Notes under the pieces: model-generated
What the model saw: only the letters and a program-made list of their open reading frames with translations
Database searches by the model: none
Told to the model about the DNA's origin: nothing
Translations under genes and position numbers: made by a program
In this document: in pieces, positions 50,165-63,039 of the stretch
How positions within the stretch are numbered: the stretch's first letter is position 1
Layout: every line of letters starts with the position of its first letter
Assembly: GCF_016432865.1 (NCBI RefSeq)
Contig: NC_067398.1
Coordinates: 156,798,001-156,862,000, forward strand
DNA: 64,000 nucleotides
Reading direction: 5' to 3'
Origin: Antechinus flavipes
Taxonomy: Eukaryota

Positions 50165-51659
50165 ATAAAATATGCTGACCAACTTTGTGAAAGATATTCA
50201 TTTTAGTTCCATAATATAGGTGACAAATTTGCTTGAACATTGTTTGCCTCAGTTTGGTCATCTGTAAAATGGATGAATTAGCACCTACCTCTTATGGTTG
50301 TTGAAAAGTTTAAATGAAATAATGTTTCTAAAACACTATTTAAGTCTATAGAATTTTAGCTATCATCATTATTGCTGTTGTTATTGTTATTCCCAAGAAA
50401 CTGTCTATGTCATTCATAGGTCATCCAGCATCAAAACAACTCTTTTTAATTTTTTATTCTTGGCATCTTGTGCTTGGGAAATTGGTGTCTAATTTCTTTC
50501 ATGTTTGTTGGGGTTATTCTTTACCCTGGGTGTCACATTGGTTGCATTAGGGATGATTTTGTTGGCCTGTTCAAGGCTTATGCTGACTCTATCCAACCTT
50601 TTGTTACTGGTTAGATGTTTCCATATTTTAAATTTTATCAAGTCCTAAGTTATTGTTGATAAAATTAAGTTAATCATTTTCAAATTTCTTTGTGATTTCT
50701 TCATACAATAGATTCATTTTTTAAAATTGAGAAATAAAATGGATAATTATGCTTCCTCTAAGTTTAATTACCTACTGATAAAAATATTATTATAACTTTA
50801 AAATTTCTTGATGTTCAAACTATAATGTCCTTAAAGCTAGGAATTATGTTACATTGAGACTATAATGACTTCTTCCTTTTTTGGTTACTAAAAGTGTGCT
50901 TATGCGCACTGATTTTCAAACTGTTACAATAGACTACTCACAGGATTAAAAATAATTATGTTCATTAAAACTAGAAATAGTTTTGTCTTGAAACTAATAA
51001 TTTACAAGTCTAAAAATAGTAAATAGGAACAATGTACAGAAAGATTATATATATTCATAGTGATACAAAGCATTCATTGAATCTTAACTAATGTCTGATA
51101 TGATGGGTATCAGGATTGGACCAACCTGAAAGGTTTCACTGATGACAATTCCCAAATGAAGAAAGTCACTCTGGTTAAGTCAGCATTGTCTCTGCAACCT
51201 ACAGTTTTTGTTGCTTAGAGAACTGAAAGCATATATGGCTTGTGTTGGATCTCACAGTCAGAATGCAAGCAGAATTATCAGCTATCAGCTCCCTAGTCCT
51301 GGAAACTATGTTTCTTTTCATGCAATTATGATTATTTTTTGTTTACCATAATCAATGTTACCCCATTTTGAGCTTGCAGTCCACTAAAATTCCGAGGCCT
51401 TTTTTAGAGTAAATATTTTTCAATCTCTAGATGCCCCATCTGATACTCGGGATATTTATTTATTTTTAATCCAGATATAAATCTTTATTGAATTCTATTT
51501 AAACTTCATTATAATTGATTTGGCTACATATTTCAAGCTAAGATTGTTTTGATTCTTATTTCTTTTACTCATTATATTAGTAATTCATTCTAACTTGGTA
51601 TTATGTGAAAATTTTATAATTACATATGTTTTTATTCAAGTTACTGATAAAATTATTAA

Positions 51660-52290
51660 TATAGGAATGAATGAGTATCAAGTAGTTAACTTTGTAAAAC
51701 ATCACTTTGTATTAAGCACTAGAGATGGAAGAAAAAAAAGACTATCTGCTCTTAGGAGCTCTCCTTTCCTTAAGAAACTCCAATGATTCCCTATCATTTT
51801 CAGGATACTATGGAAAACAATCTGTTTGGCATTCAAATCCCTTCATAATCTAGCCCCCTTCTAATTTTCTAGTCTTCTTACTCCATAATTCCCAGCACAT
51901 CCATTAGTCCTGTGACACTGACCTCCTGGCTATTCCAGGATTCCATCTTTTGGCTCTAGGCTTTTTTCTGGTTGTCTCTCATGTCTAGAATGCTCTTTCT
52001 TTATCTGCCTCTTTGCTTCCCTGGCTTCTTTCCAAATAAAGCTGAAACTCCCTTTTCTATTGGAAGCTTTTTTTCAACCTCTCAATTCCAGTGCCTCTCT
52101 TTTGTTAAGTATTTCCAATTTATCTTGTACATTGCTTGTTTTTAACATATTTGTTTTGTTATCTCTCCCATCATATTTATAATGGGTGAAGACTTGAGAG
52201 TTAGATACTGTCTGTTTATTTTTGTATCTCCCATGCCAGTGTCCAGTTCATGATAGGTGCTTAAAAATGTTTATTGACTAATTGACTAAG
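51660..52290. mobile_element. L2 fragments
   Basis: gtttggcattcaaatcccttcataatctagcc...ctagaatgctct...gtgcttaaaaatgtttattgactaattgac. Confidence 0.7.
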
Positions 52291-52699
52291 GGAGGAGAAA
52301 ACACAATAGGGTCAGGAACAGATCTTTTGTATAACTGACCTAGTCCTTTTGCCAAGTTGACATAAAACCATTAAATGAACACTCCTTTGGATATAGTTTT
52401 TCAGCTAGTTCTGAATTCATATAACTTTTCCATTATTTAGCCTATATTTCTCTGTCTTCTCCACAAGAATAGCATGGACACTGTCAAATACTTTGCAGAG
52501 ATAATTAAACTGTATTCTAGCTGACTTTTATCTCTATATGTCTCAACCAGTTGTATGAATGTTAAAGATTTGGTCTGCTCTGGAAAATTGTTTTATTAAA
52601 ATCTATGCGTTCTCTTATGAAGGTTACTTTTAATGTCATTTAAGTCACTAGTTGCTGGTTTTTTTGTTTTGAATTCTATTTTTTGGAAATCCATCCTGA

Positions 52700-52905
52700 T
52701 TTCTTACAGAACAATAATATTCCATAACATTCTTATACTATAGCTTATTCAGCCATTCTCCAGTTGATGGGCATCCACTCAGTTTCCAATTTCTTGCCAC
52801 TACAAAAAGGGCTGCCACAAATGTTTTTCCACACGTGGGTTCCTTTTCCTCCTTTAAGATCTCTTTGGGATATAAGCTCAGTAGAAACATTGCTAGGTGA
52901 AAGGG
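52700..52905 (-). mobile_element. L1 ORF2 3' fragment
   Basis: cagccattctccagttgatgggcatccactcagtttcc...gccactacaaaaagggctgccacaaa is the reverse of 48900-49080. Confidence 0.9.
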
Positions 52906-53564
52906 TAGAGATGAGTCTTGAAGAAAAGTCAGGGAAACAAGAGAGGTGAAAGTTAGAGAGTGTCATAGGCATGAAGGGCAGCTCCTGCAAAGCTGGGGGA
53001 GGAAGAATTATGTTTGAAAAACCCCTGTAGGACCATGTAGCTAAGCTGAAAAGGTTATTATACAACTAAAGCATAAGACAGCTAGAAGGATAGAAAGGGC
53101 TGAGATCACAAAGAACTTTAAATGATTTTTAATTTGTTCCTCAAAGTAATCAAGAGGCACTGGAGCACCTTGAATAGGGCAAAGTGGCACATGGCCCTTC
53201 TGAGTTTAATAGAATCTTTGTAACTCAATGAATTGTTGAATGATTGGAATGAGAAGGGAGTTGAGATAGGGAGAGCAGTTGGAATGGTATTTCTGTAGAT
53301 GGCGCAGAAGTAATGATGACCTCAACTAGGGCTGTGGTTTTATGAGAAGAGAGAAATAAATGCTGTTCACATAGAAACTTCCAACTTTGTCACAACATTC
53401 ATTATGTGTAGTAGATCAGTTAGTCATTGAGCATCTAGTAATCCCTTACCATGTGCCAGGTAATGGTAAGCAAAAAAAGATCATTAAAACCCAGATTGCA
53501 ATCCTTTATCTTAAGGAACTCACAGTCTCTAATGGAGGAGACCATGAAAACAACTATTACAAAT

Positions 53565-53611
<47 letters not shown>

Positions 53612-54320
53612 ACACAAAGCCATGTGATAGATGAACAACTGAGAAAAAGCATTAGCATTAATAAGGCTTGGAAAAGTCTTCTTGTGGAAATAGACTTTTA
53701 TCTAGGATATTAAAGAAGCCAGGAAAGCCATGAAATGGAGGTGAGGAAGGAGAGAATTCCAGACATGAGAGAAAGCCTGTTTGTCATGTGTGAGGAGCCT
53801 CAAGGAGTTCAGTGTGACTGATTAAAGAGTATTTGATGGAGTGTAAGGAACAAGAAGAGAGGAGAGATGGAAAAGGATTAGATTAATAAAGGCTTTAAAA
53901 ACTAAATGTAGATTTTATATTTGATCCTGGAATTTACTGAACAGGGAAGGAGGGGGAGGATATGAGCTTGGCTGACTTCCTTTCCTAAACTGTACTTGAG
54001 GATGATATATTTGACAGTTGAATTGAGTGGAATAGGAGAACATGGAACCAGCTGTTGAAATAGTCCAGTAGTAAGATGATAAAGGCTTATACTAGGGTGG
54101 AGGTTGTGTCAGGGAAGATTAAAGGGCATATATGAAAGCTTTTGTGAAGGTAGAATTGATAGAACTTGGTAACTGATTGAATAGTTAATGAGGGAGAGTG
54201 AGGAATCATAGATGAGAAGGAGCTATAGAGACTACTGACTGGAAGGTGTACTTCTGGTGCCCTTGGCAATAATAGAAAGGAGCTGAGGATGACACCAAGT
54301 TTGCTATAAATATTAAAGGA
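52905..54320 (-). mobile_element. L2 fragments with an embedded (TG)n at 53567-53609
   Basis: aggaagccaggaaagccatgaaatggaggtgaggaagggagagaattccagacatg and gagtgaggaatcatagatga are reversed L2 motifs. Confidence 0.7.
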
Positions 54321-54499
54321 TTAATGTTTATAATTGAAGGCTATAGGGTCTTTAGCCAAGATGGATTTTTTTTCCTTTCTTATTTCTCCTTGTACCATTG
54401 AGTTTCATGAAGGCAAATGGGAAAAGCAATAAGGATTTAAATTCTGAACAAAATTTTCTATAGAAATGCTCTCAGAAAAGAGGGAGAAAAAGTAATTGT

Positions 54500-55335
54500 A
54501 TTTTGGATGCCCATCTCCTCACCAGATGCCACATCCAAAGAACTATAGCTGCAAAAATCAATACTAAATGGAAAACTTGTTTGTAAACTCTTATGAAAAA
54601 GCATGATGAATAGTATGAACTATATTATCTCTTTAAAAAGAAACAGGGGAGAGAGAAAAATAAATTTAAAGATTATCAAAGTATTTGCTAAGCAGAATCA
54701 TCTAGAGAGCCTTCAAGATGAAAATGGGAAGCGGATCACAAATAGAAGAAAAATTACAAATGTTTTCAAAAAAAGACTTTAACAAACTGCATTTTTTATC
54801 AAAAGTATGTCAGTGACCATAGCTTTGAATTCTGTCATCACTATCTCAGGCCTATATAGGAAGTAGAAAATGGCACTAAAAAATACAAAATTGAGGAAAG
54901 TTGCAAGATTGGACTGGTGCATATGAAGGAAGATTCGTATCATATTGATTTCATTAAACTCTGGAACAATGGAGAGCCTCTCAGAAGAGATTTATACTCA
55001 CTCAAAATGATTTGATCTATTAGTAGAAGAAAGACCACGAGAATGTGCACTTAAAATTTCCAGCCCAGTTCTTTCAGCTATCATTTTGGAAAATTTTTCT
55101 CATCAGTACCACCATGGCAAAGTCATTTTGGCAATTTTGTTGACAATAGTGTATTAATAAGAGGAAAGACTGAGAAAAAGCAGACTGATTAGGATCTACT
55201 GCAAGTATAGACAAAGAGACATAAATATTTAAATTAGCACTATTAGAATGGAGAGAAGGACGTGAATGTAAAAGGTATCAAAGAGTTAGTATCAAAAAGA
55301 TATGGTAAGTCTGACAGAAGACATGACTGGACATG
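54500..55335 (+). mobile_element. Very old RTE-X/L4-like LINE remnant (similar pieces near 37400-37700 and 39420-39760)
   Basis: caagatgaaaatgggaagcggatcacaaatagaag; gactggacatgg; remote resemblance only. Confidence 0.35.
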
Positions 55336-55344
55336 GATCTCTGA

Positions 55345-55896
55345 CTAGCTGCCACCATAGGAACCCTGGAAGTGACAGTGCCCCCTAGTCTACCTGTCTT
55401 ATTTTTCAGCCCAAACCTTATTGTCATCCAAAGAAGCAGATCCTCTAAAATAGGGACCAACTATCCCCACCAACTGAAAAACAAGCACCATTCCTATATA
55501 GGCCAGACAGGGAAACTTTGCAAAGTAGCAAGGCACCCTGAGGGGGAGAGGCAGGAAGCAGCATATTCCAGGAAAATGAAATAACGTCCACCACCTTGGA
55601 ACCTAAAAGAGATGATCCAGACTTCTGAACCCAAAGCCCCAAGGAGCAATTGTTCCAACTCCATGTCCTCAGCCATGCAGCATCTCTATGGATATGCAAC
55701 TTGGAGACTGTTCCTAATGGGGGTTACAGCCACAACTGCTGAAGATCCAGAAAGCGAAATTCTTATCATCAGAGTCCTTGGCACTGGCAACTGGTTCTAT
55801 ATCAGAAATGAGAATGATTTTGTCAGTGAAAATGATCTTAAAGAAGAGGCATTACCATTTGCTTTGCCATTAAGTCTGTATGACTTTTCCATCTAA
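55345..55896 (+). other. Unidentified GC-richer insert; 184-codon frame with a single internal stop
   Basis: ORFs 55372..55584 and 55612..55896 share a frame (offset 240) and are separated only by TAA at 55582-55584. Confidence 0.45.
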
Positions 55897-55899
55897 CTT

Positions 55900-56450
55900 T
55901 CAGCTGAAATCTTTCACATCTTTGTATGTGGACTTCTTGAGAGCAGGGGCTGTCTTACTCTTCTAATTGTATCCCTGTTTGCTTAGCATAGTGTTTTGCA
56001 TATAGTGACACTCAATAAATGCTTTTATTCATTCGTTCGTTCGTTCTTGAGTTTTTGACAGTTAGAAACCACTTTCTTGGCTTCATAAAGTAATCTCTTC
56101 CTCCTCTTCTGCTTGCTCCTTCTAAGGCTCTTTTTTTGTGATTATTATTTAAATTCCATCTAGTAAGTATAAATATGTCACTGGACTCTGTCCTGGGCTT
56201 GGTTTGCTTTCTTCTCTCTGTAATCTCATTGACTTCATTGGGTTCAATTTTTGTTTCTATTCATAGATTTATTACTCTTTACCTGTACCATTGCAGTACC
56301 ATTCTAATTAATCCTTTTCTTACAATTTCTCCTCCTAGCAATCATCAACACATATGCCAAAATGACTTCTCATAAGCACTGGTCTACCCATGTTCTTCTC
56401 CAGCTCAAGAAACTTCACTGGCACTCTGATAAATCTAGAATAAAATAGAA
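55900..56450 (+). mobile_element. L2 fragments
   Basis: cttcttgagagcaggggctgtctt...cactcaataaatgctttt...cattcgttcgttcg; ccagctcaagaaacttcactggc. Confidence 0.7.
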
Positions 56451-59400
56451 ATAATCTTTTACTTTAAAATGATGTATTATTAAAATGATGTAAAATGATT
56501 GAAATGATGTATTATAATTGTATTGGTTTATAATTTATCACATAATTTAGAAATGAGAAAGTCACATTCCTAAGACATGGATTGTAGCACCCCATAGTTA
56601 ACTCTGTTATTCTGGACTGATTTTCCATTTTGTAGTTTAGACATATTGTATGCTATTTTTCCTTTCATTTTCTTGCAGCTTGCCCTTTAGACATATAGTA
56701 GTTCATTAGCACCTAGCACACTTTTCAAAGCGGAAGCTGGAGAATAAAAAATAAGAGAACCTCATATCAATCATTTTGGCTAGTGGAATTGCCATTCACT
56801 ATTGTTGCTTGATTAATAGTAAATTTTACTTATCCATGATATTCTTATTTACCACCCACATGTTATTACATTGATTATATACTGAAACCTAAAATTTCAT
56901 TTATATATTTTGGATAGTATTTTAAAACAAGCACTCAAGAATTGATTGGCTTAGTTAGCAAAAACAAATGATGAGGACTTTAGGAACCTGCACCAGCCTC
57001 CATTTTTTAACATTTGGGTGCTGTTGTCAAAAATTGATTAACCAATGAGGAAACTTAGATGGATATGTGTAATCTAACAATAGTGTTACAAGTATCAGGA
57101 AATGGTGAATTAAACAAATATGACTTTTTCTTCCATTTTGGGAAGTTGAAATATTGTACTTTGAAATTAAACAATAGAGAAACCTCAAGGTTGGTGTATT
57201 ATATGTTTCTTCTTGTTTTGCTTTTTTTGAGAGACGTTTTTAAGTTTCTCTCTTAAAAATATAGTTCTTCAATGTTTACAAGGTGCATTATGCATATTAT
57301 CTCATAATTGTACTATCTCATTTGAATTCTCACCATTTTTCAATTTTGTGGATTTAACATTTTCATCACAACTTCATTGTATCTTTTTATTCATTATTGT
57401 TAATAATAGTCATTATTAGAAATAATTTTCATGTCTTTTTAAGTGTATATGCATGTTTATTACAACTTTTTTTATGTTCAACTAAAAAAGAATTTGCCTT
57501 CTCTTTTTTTATTCCTTTTATTTGAACTCAACTTGTGATTTCTTCAATATTAGATGCCAGCTGGTGAGAAATTTCCTTTTGCAGGTTATCACTTTCTGTG
57601 CATGTTATAAGGAGTTGCCACTAATATTGAGAGGTATTTGACTGATTCAGGGTCACACAGCCAAAGGCAGTATTTGAATCCATTTTTTTCCCCTGTCCTG
57701 CAACAATCAAGCTATCAATCCAATAGCTTTCATTTTAGCTATTGTCCTTAAAAGGAAGTCATTCATGTTTCTTATGTGTTAATAAACTGTAGCCTCGATA
57801 GTTTTCCTAGAAGTTACTTTGATAATAATTAGTGTATATACATGTATAGGTGTACATATACATATATACACACATTTATCCATCTTATCTTCTTATTTTC
57901 TTTTGCATTTTACCATTGCTCTTTGGGTTACCTGTCAATTTTAATTCAGTTGAGAACATGGAACTAATTACCCAGAAATCATATTGATGCCTTCCTCCAA
58001 TGTCATTGTATTAGGTGTTTTATGAACCCTTTCTTTATGCACCTCACTATTTTTGCCAAAATTTAATTTATTAATTTAAAACAAACAAACAAAGAAATCA
58101 TAATCAAAATCATGGAGATTAATTTATGTGGAATTAAGAGCACTTTTTTCATTTTAAATTTATAAAATACAATGAGCTAATTTATGTGTTATTTTTAGAA
58201 TGAACCTTCTTAATGTAATCATTTTGTGGTTAAAACGTACTATTTTGCTGAGAATCCATATTTTTATATTTTTAACATCTTATTTATTCAAACGTTTAAA
58301 TAAAAATTTACCTTGCTTATATTATGGCATTTCTTTGAAGATCTTTGTAGACACCCTTTTGCTTAGTTTTTTAAGGAAAGTGCTTTGTAAATCTTTTATG
58401 TTCCCTTTAAAAATGAGTTGCCATTGGTCTTATTCAGTCTGCTTATTGTTTCAATTTTGTTTGTTGAGAAAATAGGTCAAGATTGAAGTTTGTCATTTAA
58501 TGTCCATCAAAAAATAACAGATTAGTCTATTGTGTCTATGTTGACTTTTATGTTTGTTTAAGATAGTTACTGTCTTCAGTAAGTTTTGTAAGCTCTTGTC
58601 AACAGTATGTGTTAAAAGTTAACTTTGGAGATCATATTCACTAGCCTCATTGATAACTCTGGTACTCTCAAAAACACTATTTTGTGAATAGTTGGCTAAT
58701 TTGCCAATCATTAGTAAGCATTAGCAAAACAGGATGAAAACCATGTGGCTCTTACATATGGTGTATGTATTACTTCTTTTAAAGTGACAAATTTCTATTT
58801 GTCTATTCTATTAAAATGACAAATCATAAGCTTGTTTTCATATGGAGCTTTGTCAATATTAATTCACATTTATTGTTATATCAACAATTATGGATAATCA
58901 TATTTTATATGGAAGAGTATTGATGTTATAGTTGTTCTTTTGTATTAATGAAACTCAAGGTATTTTGAGTACTATATTACCAAAAAAACTGTTTCAATAT
59001 GGAAAAATGCTTTTACTAGATTAATACCTTCAAATAACTGTCTGTAGTGTTTTCAATTTTGCTAAAGTATACAGATAGCTTGGGTTTTTAGGAATTTGTG
59101 TGTTTGTTTGTTTTTGTTTGTTTTTTGATGGTGTTCTTATGCTTGTGAAGTATCCTCATGTATATGGTAGATATACATTTATACATATATATATATATAC
59201 ATGTATATATACATACAATTAACTGCTTATAGAGATTACTTCATATTTTTACACATATAACATATGTAACATTTAACTTTTAAGTTTACAATTTTATATC
59301 TGCACAGTAGATTAAAGGCATTTTTTAAAAACAAAAGAGCCAAAATTTTGAATACAAGTACCTAGTGTTCTTTTTTGTTAAAATTTTGTTAAAATTCACT

Positions 59401-59552
59401 TTTAATTATTATTATTAAAATTATCTCAATGTGTATTAATATCGTATACTCAGGAATTGAATTAGGAAATCTTATTATGGTATGAAAACTGCTATAATAT
59501 ATGTTGTTTCCTTACCTAGATAAATAAATGACCAATATTATTGGAGGCTATA

Positions 59553-59804
59553 NNNNNNNNNNNNNNNNNNNNNNNNNNNNNNNNNNNNNNNNNNNNNNNN
59601 NNNNNNNNNNNNNNNNNNNNNNNNNNNNNNNNNNNNNNNNNNNNNNNNNNNNNNNNNNNNNNNNNNNNNNNNNNNNNNNNNNNNNNNNNNNNNNNNNNNN
59701 NNNNNNNNNNNNNNNNNNNNNNNNNNNNNNNNNNNNNNNNNNNNNNNNNNNNNNNNNNNNNNNNNNNNNNNNNNNNNNNNNNNNNNNNNNNNNNNNNNNN
59801 NNNN
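59553..59804. other. Assembly gap (252 N)
   Basis: Run of N. Confidence 0.99.
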
Positions 59805-60023
59805 CAGCCCCCTAATACCCTCTGATGTTTTGATGTCCTGCATATTTTTCCGATTAAGTTTTGAGTGCCATGTTTTTAGTTGTATTTCCACATTCATTAT
59901 CCTCACGTAGACCCTTCAGCGGGTTTGCCATATATGATTATTTTTTTAATGATGCCTTTCTTTCCACTTCAGCAGTTTAATAATCTAGCACATGGCTGCT
60001 TCTCAGTACTCAGCATTCACCTC

Positions 60024-60171
60024 NNNNNNNNNNNNNNNNNNNNNNNNNNNNNNNNNNNNNNNNNNNNNNNNNNNNNNNNNNNNNNNNNNNNNNNNNNNNN
60101 NNNNNNNNNNNNNNNNNNNNNNNNNNNNNNNNNNNNNNNNNNNNNNNNNNNNNNNNNNNNNNNNNNNNNNN
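60024..60171. other. Assembly gap (148 N)
   Basis: Run of N. Confidence 0.99.
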
Positions 60172-60215
60172 ATAAATAACTGTATTCTTTCTTGTTCTCT
60201 TTTTTTTCCTAACAG

Positions 60216-60402
60216 ACAAAATTGCTTACCCAATACATATTAAATCTCGGCAAGTATGACCAAAACTACGACATCAGAGACCGTACAAGATTTATTAGGC
60301 AGCTTATTGTTCCGAATGAGAAGAGCGGAGCCTTAAGCAAATATGCCAAAAAAATATTTTTGGCACAAAAGCCTGCCCCATTGCTTGAATCTCCTTTTAA
60401 AG
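60216..60402 (+). CDS. AP3B1: AP3B1 coding exon (187 bp; likely exon 16)
   Basis: cctaacag|ACA...AAA G|gtatgc; [62 protein letters not shown]. Confidence 0.97.
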
Positions 60403-61004
60403 GTATGCTTTTCAGAATAATTACAAAACCTATATTTTATAAAGAAATATGGCATTATGTTCTATTTCTAATGTACTTAAGAATGTCACTTAGCAAATAT
60501 AAATGATTATCATGAAAATATTTAAGGATAATATGTTTTCCACTCACCTGCCTTTAGGGCAAGTTTCATAGTCACACTATTTTAGGTTTGTGTGTGTTAT
60601 ATATATTAGATCTAAATGATTCTGAAAACACTGATTTGACTTTTAATCAGATATGTTTTGCATTTAGTTTAAATACTAGAAAAAATTGTAGGCTTTTATA
60701 TGGGATTCACTTATGTTTAATTAGATGTCTTTATTATTTAAATAAAATGATTTCCCTTAAGTGAGATATTAGTGATTATGTAATAGCATTTCAAATAAAA
60801 ATTATTTTTTAAAAGTAATAACCTTCAGATTTGATTCTCTTTTTTAGAGAAAAAAGAAGTTTACATATTTCCCCTTGATTTTTAAAAGCAGCAATAAATA
60901 TCTTATCAACTAAGTGATCACCTTACTTAGAAACAAATTCTTATCTACCTCAATTTTCATATTATTTATTATTTAATATTCAGTTTGCTTTAGGTGGCAA
61001 AAAA

Positions 61005-61273
61005 NNNNNNNNNNNNNNNNNNNNNNNNNNNNNNNNNNNNNNNNNNNNNNNNNNNNNNNNNNNNNNNNNNNNNNNNNNNNNNNNNNNNNNNNNNNNNNNN
61101 NNNNNNNNNNNNNNNNNNNNNNNNNNNNNNNNNNNNNNNNNNNNNNNNNNNNNNNNNNNNNNNNNNNNNNNNNNNNNNNNNNNNNNNNNNNNNNNNNNNN
61201 NNNNNNNNNNNNNNNNNNNNNNNNNNNNNNNNNNNNNNNNNNNNNNNNNNNNNNNNNNNNNNNNNNNNNNNNN
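61005..61273. other. Assembly gap (269 N)
   Basis: Run of N. Confidence 0.99.
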
Positions 61274-61391
61274 TATATTTATTCCATGACATTTCAGGTA
61301 ATATGCCAATTACCTTTAGCCCTGATTAGGATTTCTCTTTGTGATATAAAGTGTGTGTTGTTTATTGTATATTTTCCTCTGTTGCTATTAG

Positions 61392-61522
61392 AAAGGGATC
61401 ATTTCCAGCTTGGGACCTTATCCCACACTCTGAACATTAAAGCTTCTGGGTACCTGGAGTTGTCTAATTGGCCAGAGGTGGCGCCTGACCCATCAGTCAG
61501 AAATGTTGAAGTGATTGAATCG
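61392..61522 (+). CDS. AP3B1: AP3B1 coding exon (131 bp; likely exon 17)
   Basis: gctattag|AA AGG...TCG|gtaagt; (E)[43 protein letters not shown]. Confidence 0.97.
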
Positions 61523-61614
61523 GTAAGTTAATCTTTCTAAAAATAATTTTGGTTAAGTATTCCAAAAATATTTCATTTTGAAATTTTTGATTAGATTTAT
61601 TATTTTTTAGAGAG

Positions 61615-61645
<31 letters not shown>

Positions 61646-63039
61646 AAAGACACTAAAGACGTATTTCCCTGACAGTGTATATTATATTTACAAGAAGAAA
61701 AACAATGACTTTTGTAAAGAGTGTACGTTTATAAAGTATGTTTAACTGTATAAATTGAATTTCTGGGGTTTTCACATTTGTTGGCATGATCTTTTCCCCT
61801 TGTTTTCTAAGTTTTAGGTCAATATTTTCCTAAATTTTGTTTTGTGCCCTTTTAGTAAAAATATATACCCTTTTCTAGTTTCTCTGCTGCATCTAATCAA
61901 CTGATGATTTTACAGAATGGAATGTTCCTAGTGAAACCTGGATATGTACAATGGTAATATTATATACTGATGTCCTTAGAGGACACAATGTGAAATTATT
62001 AATGTGCTTTTCTGTTGCTTTCACATCATGCATTTTGTTTTTGTTAGACCTTCTGTATAAATCCCCATCTTTTTTTCTTAAAAGCAAAAACAAATACATG
62101 CATTTGACCTTAATAAGGTCAAAAGAATGATATCCTAACCAACAACAATATTTTCATGCAGGAAATGGGGTAAACAGAGGCTTTTCAGCTATTACTAGAA
62201 ATTAATTATATGTAGCTAGTAAATTTTTAAAATGACTAACAGAAAAAATAATTTCCCTCTGTCATTTTAAGGGCTTAGGATTCAGGAAGCCTGAATTAAT
62301 CTGTCCCTAAGTTTGTCACTTTTCTCAGATATTATATAAGAAGTATTACTAGAATATGAGGGATATTTATTATAAGAATAACTTATGTAAATAGCTTCTT
62401 GTATTTATTTTATTTATCATGTTTCTTCTCAAAACACTTGAAAGTCTCCCCTACTAGCAAAAGTTTCAGAACTGAAGTTCTCAGGCCTGAAACAACAACT
62501 CTTGCCCCTTCTCTGGCCTTGCTCATAGATTGCTTTGATTTTTGTGGCTTCCCTCCAGTGCATCCACAATAGCCTTCTTAGCTATAATTTCAGTAAACAG
62601 ACGAGAGAAGCTTTTTTTTTTTTTTTTTTTTAATCAAATAACATTTGAATGGCTAAGAAAACATATTTTACTTTTTAGAAACTCTCCACTGGACCTCTAT
62701 AGAAGACTACACCTGCTGAGAATGCAAGTTAACCTTGTTTTTCACACTCTCTGTCAGTGAGAGTAGATAAGAAAAATACCTGTATTTATTGTCAAAAGGA
62801 AGATAGAATTTTGTACAATGGAGGCATATATCTTTAGAGACTTTTAAATTTGTTTCCTTTGATATAATCTAACACTTAATCATACTGGAAAAATCAAAAG
62901 GAATCAGAGTAGATTTTCAGAGGCAACTGCTGCATATTACTTTTAAGTGTGTATATGTGTATGGATGTGTATCTATGCATATAGGTTATAGAAAATTTCT
63001 AGAAGGCATTTTAGTAAGTGTAAATCAAGAGCTATATTT

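Noticed and set aside
59528-61329. ORFs containing X runs
   Set aside because: Artefacts of translating assembly gaps.
8358-61522. Amino-acid differences from my recollection of human AP3B1 (e.g. IQAIG, NISEV, PNEKS, ERDHF)
   Set aside because: Few and mostly conservative, and the comparison is from memory; no frameshift, stop or broken splice site, so no sign of pseudogenisation.
62460-62770. Slightly GC-richer unique stretch with a 72 aa ORF after the last exon
   Set aside because: Does not translate to the next expected AP3B1 exon and has no convincing splice pair; nothing specific to support a call.
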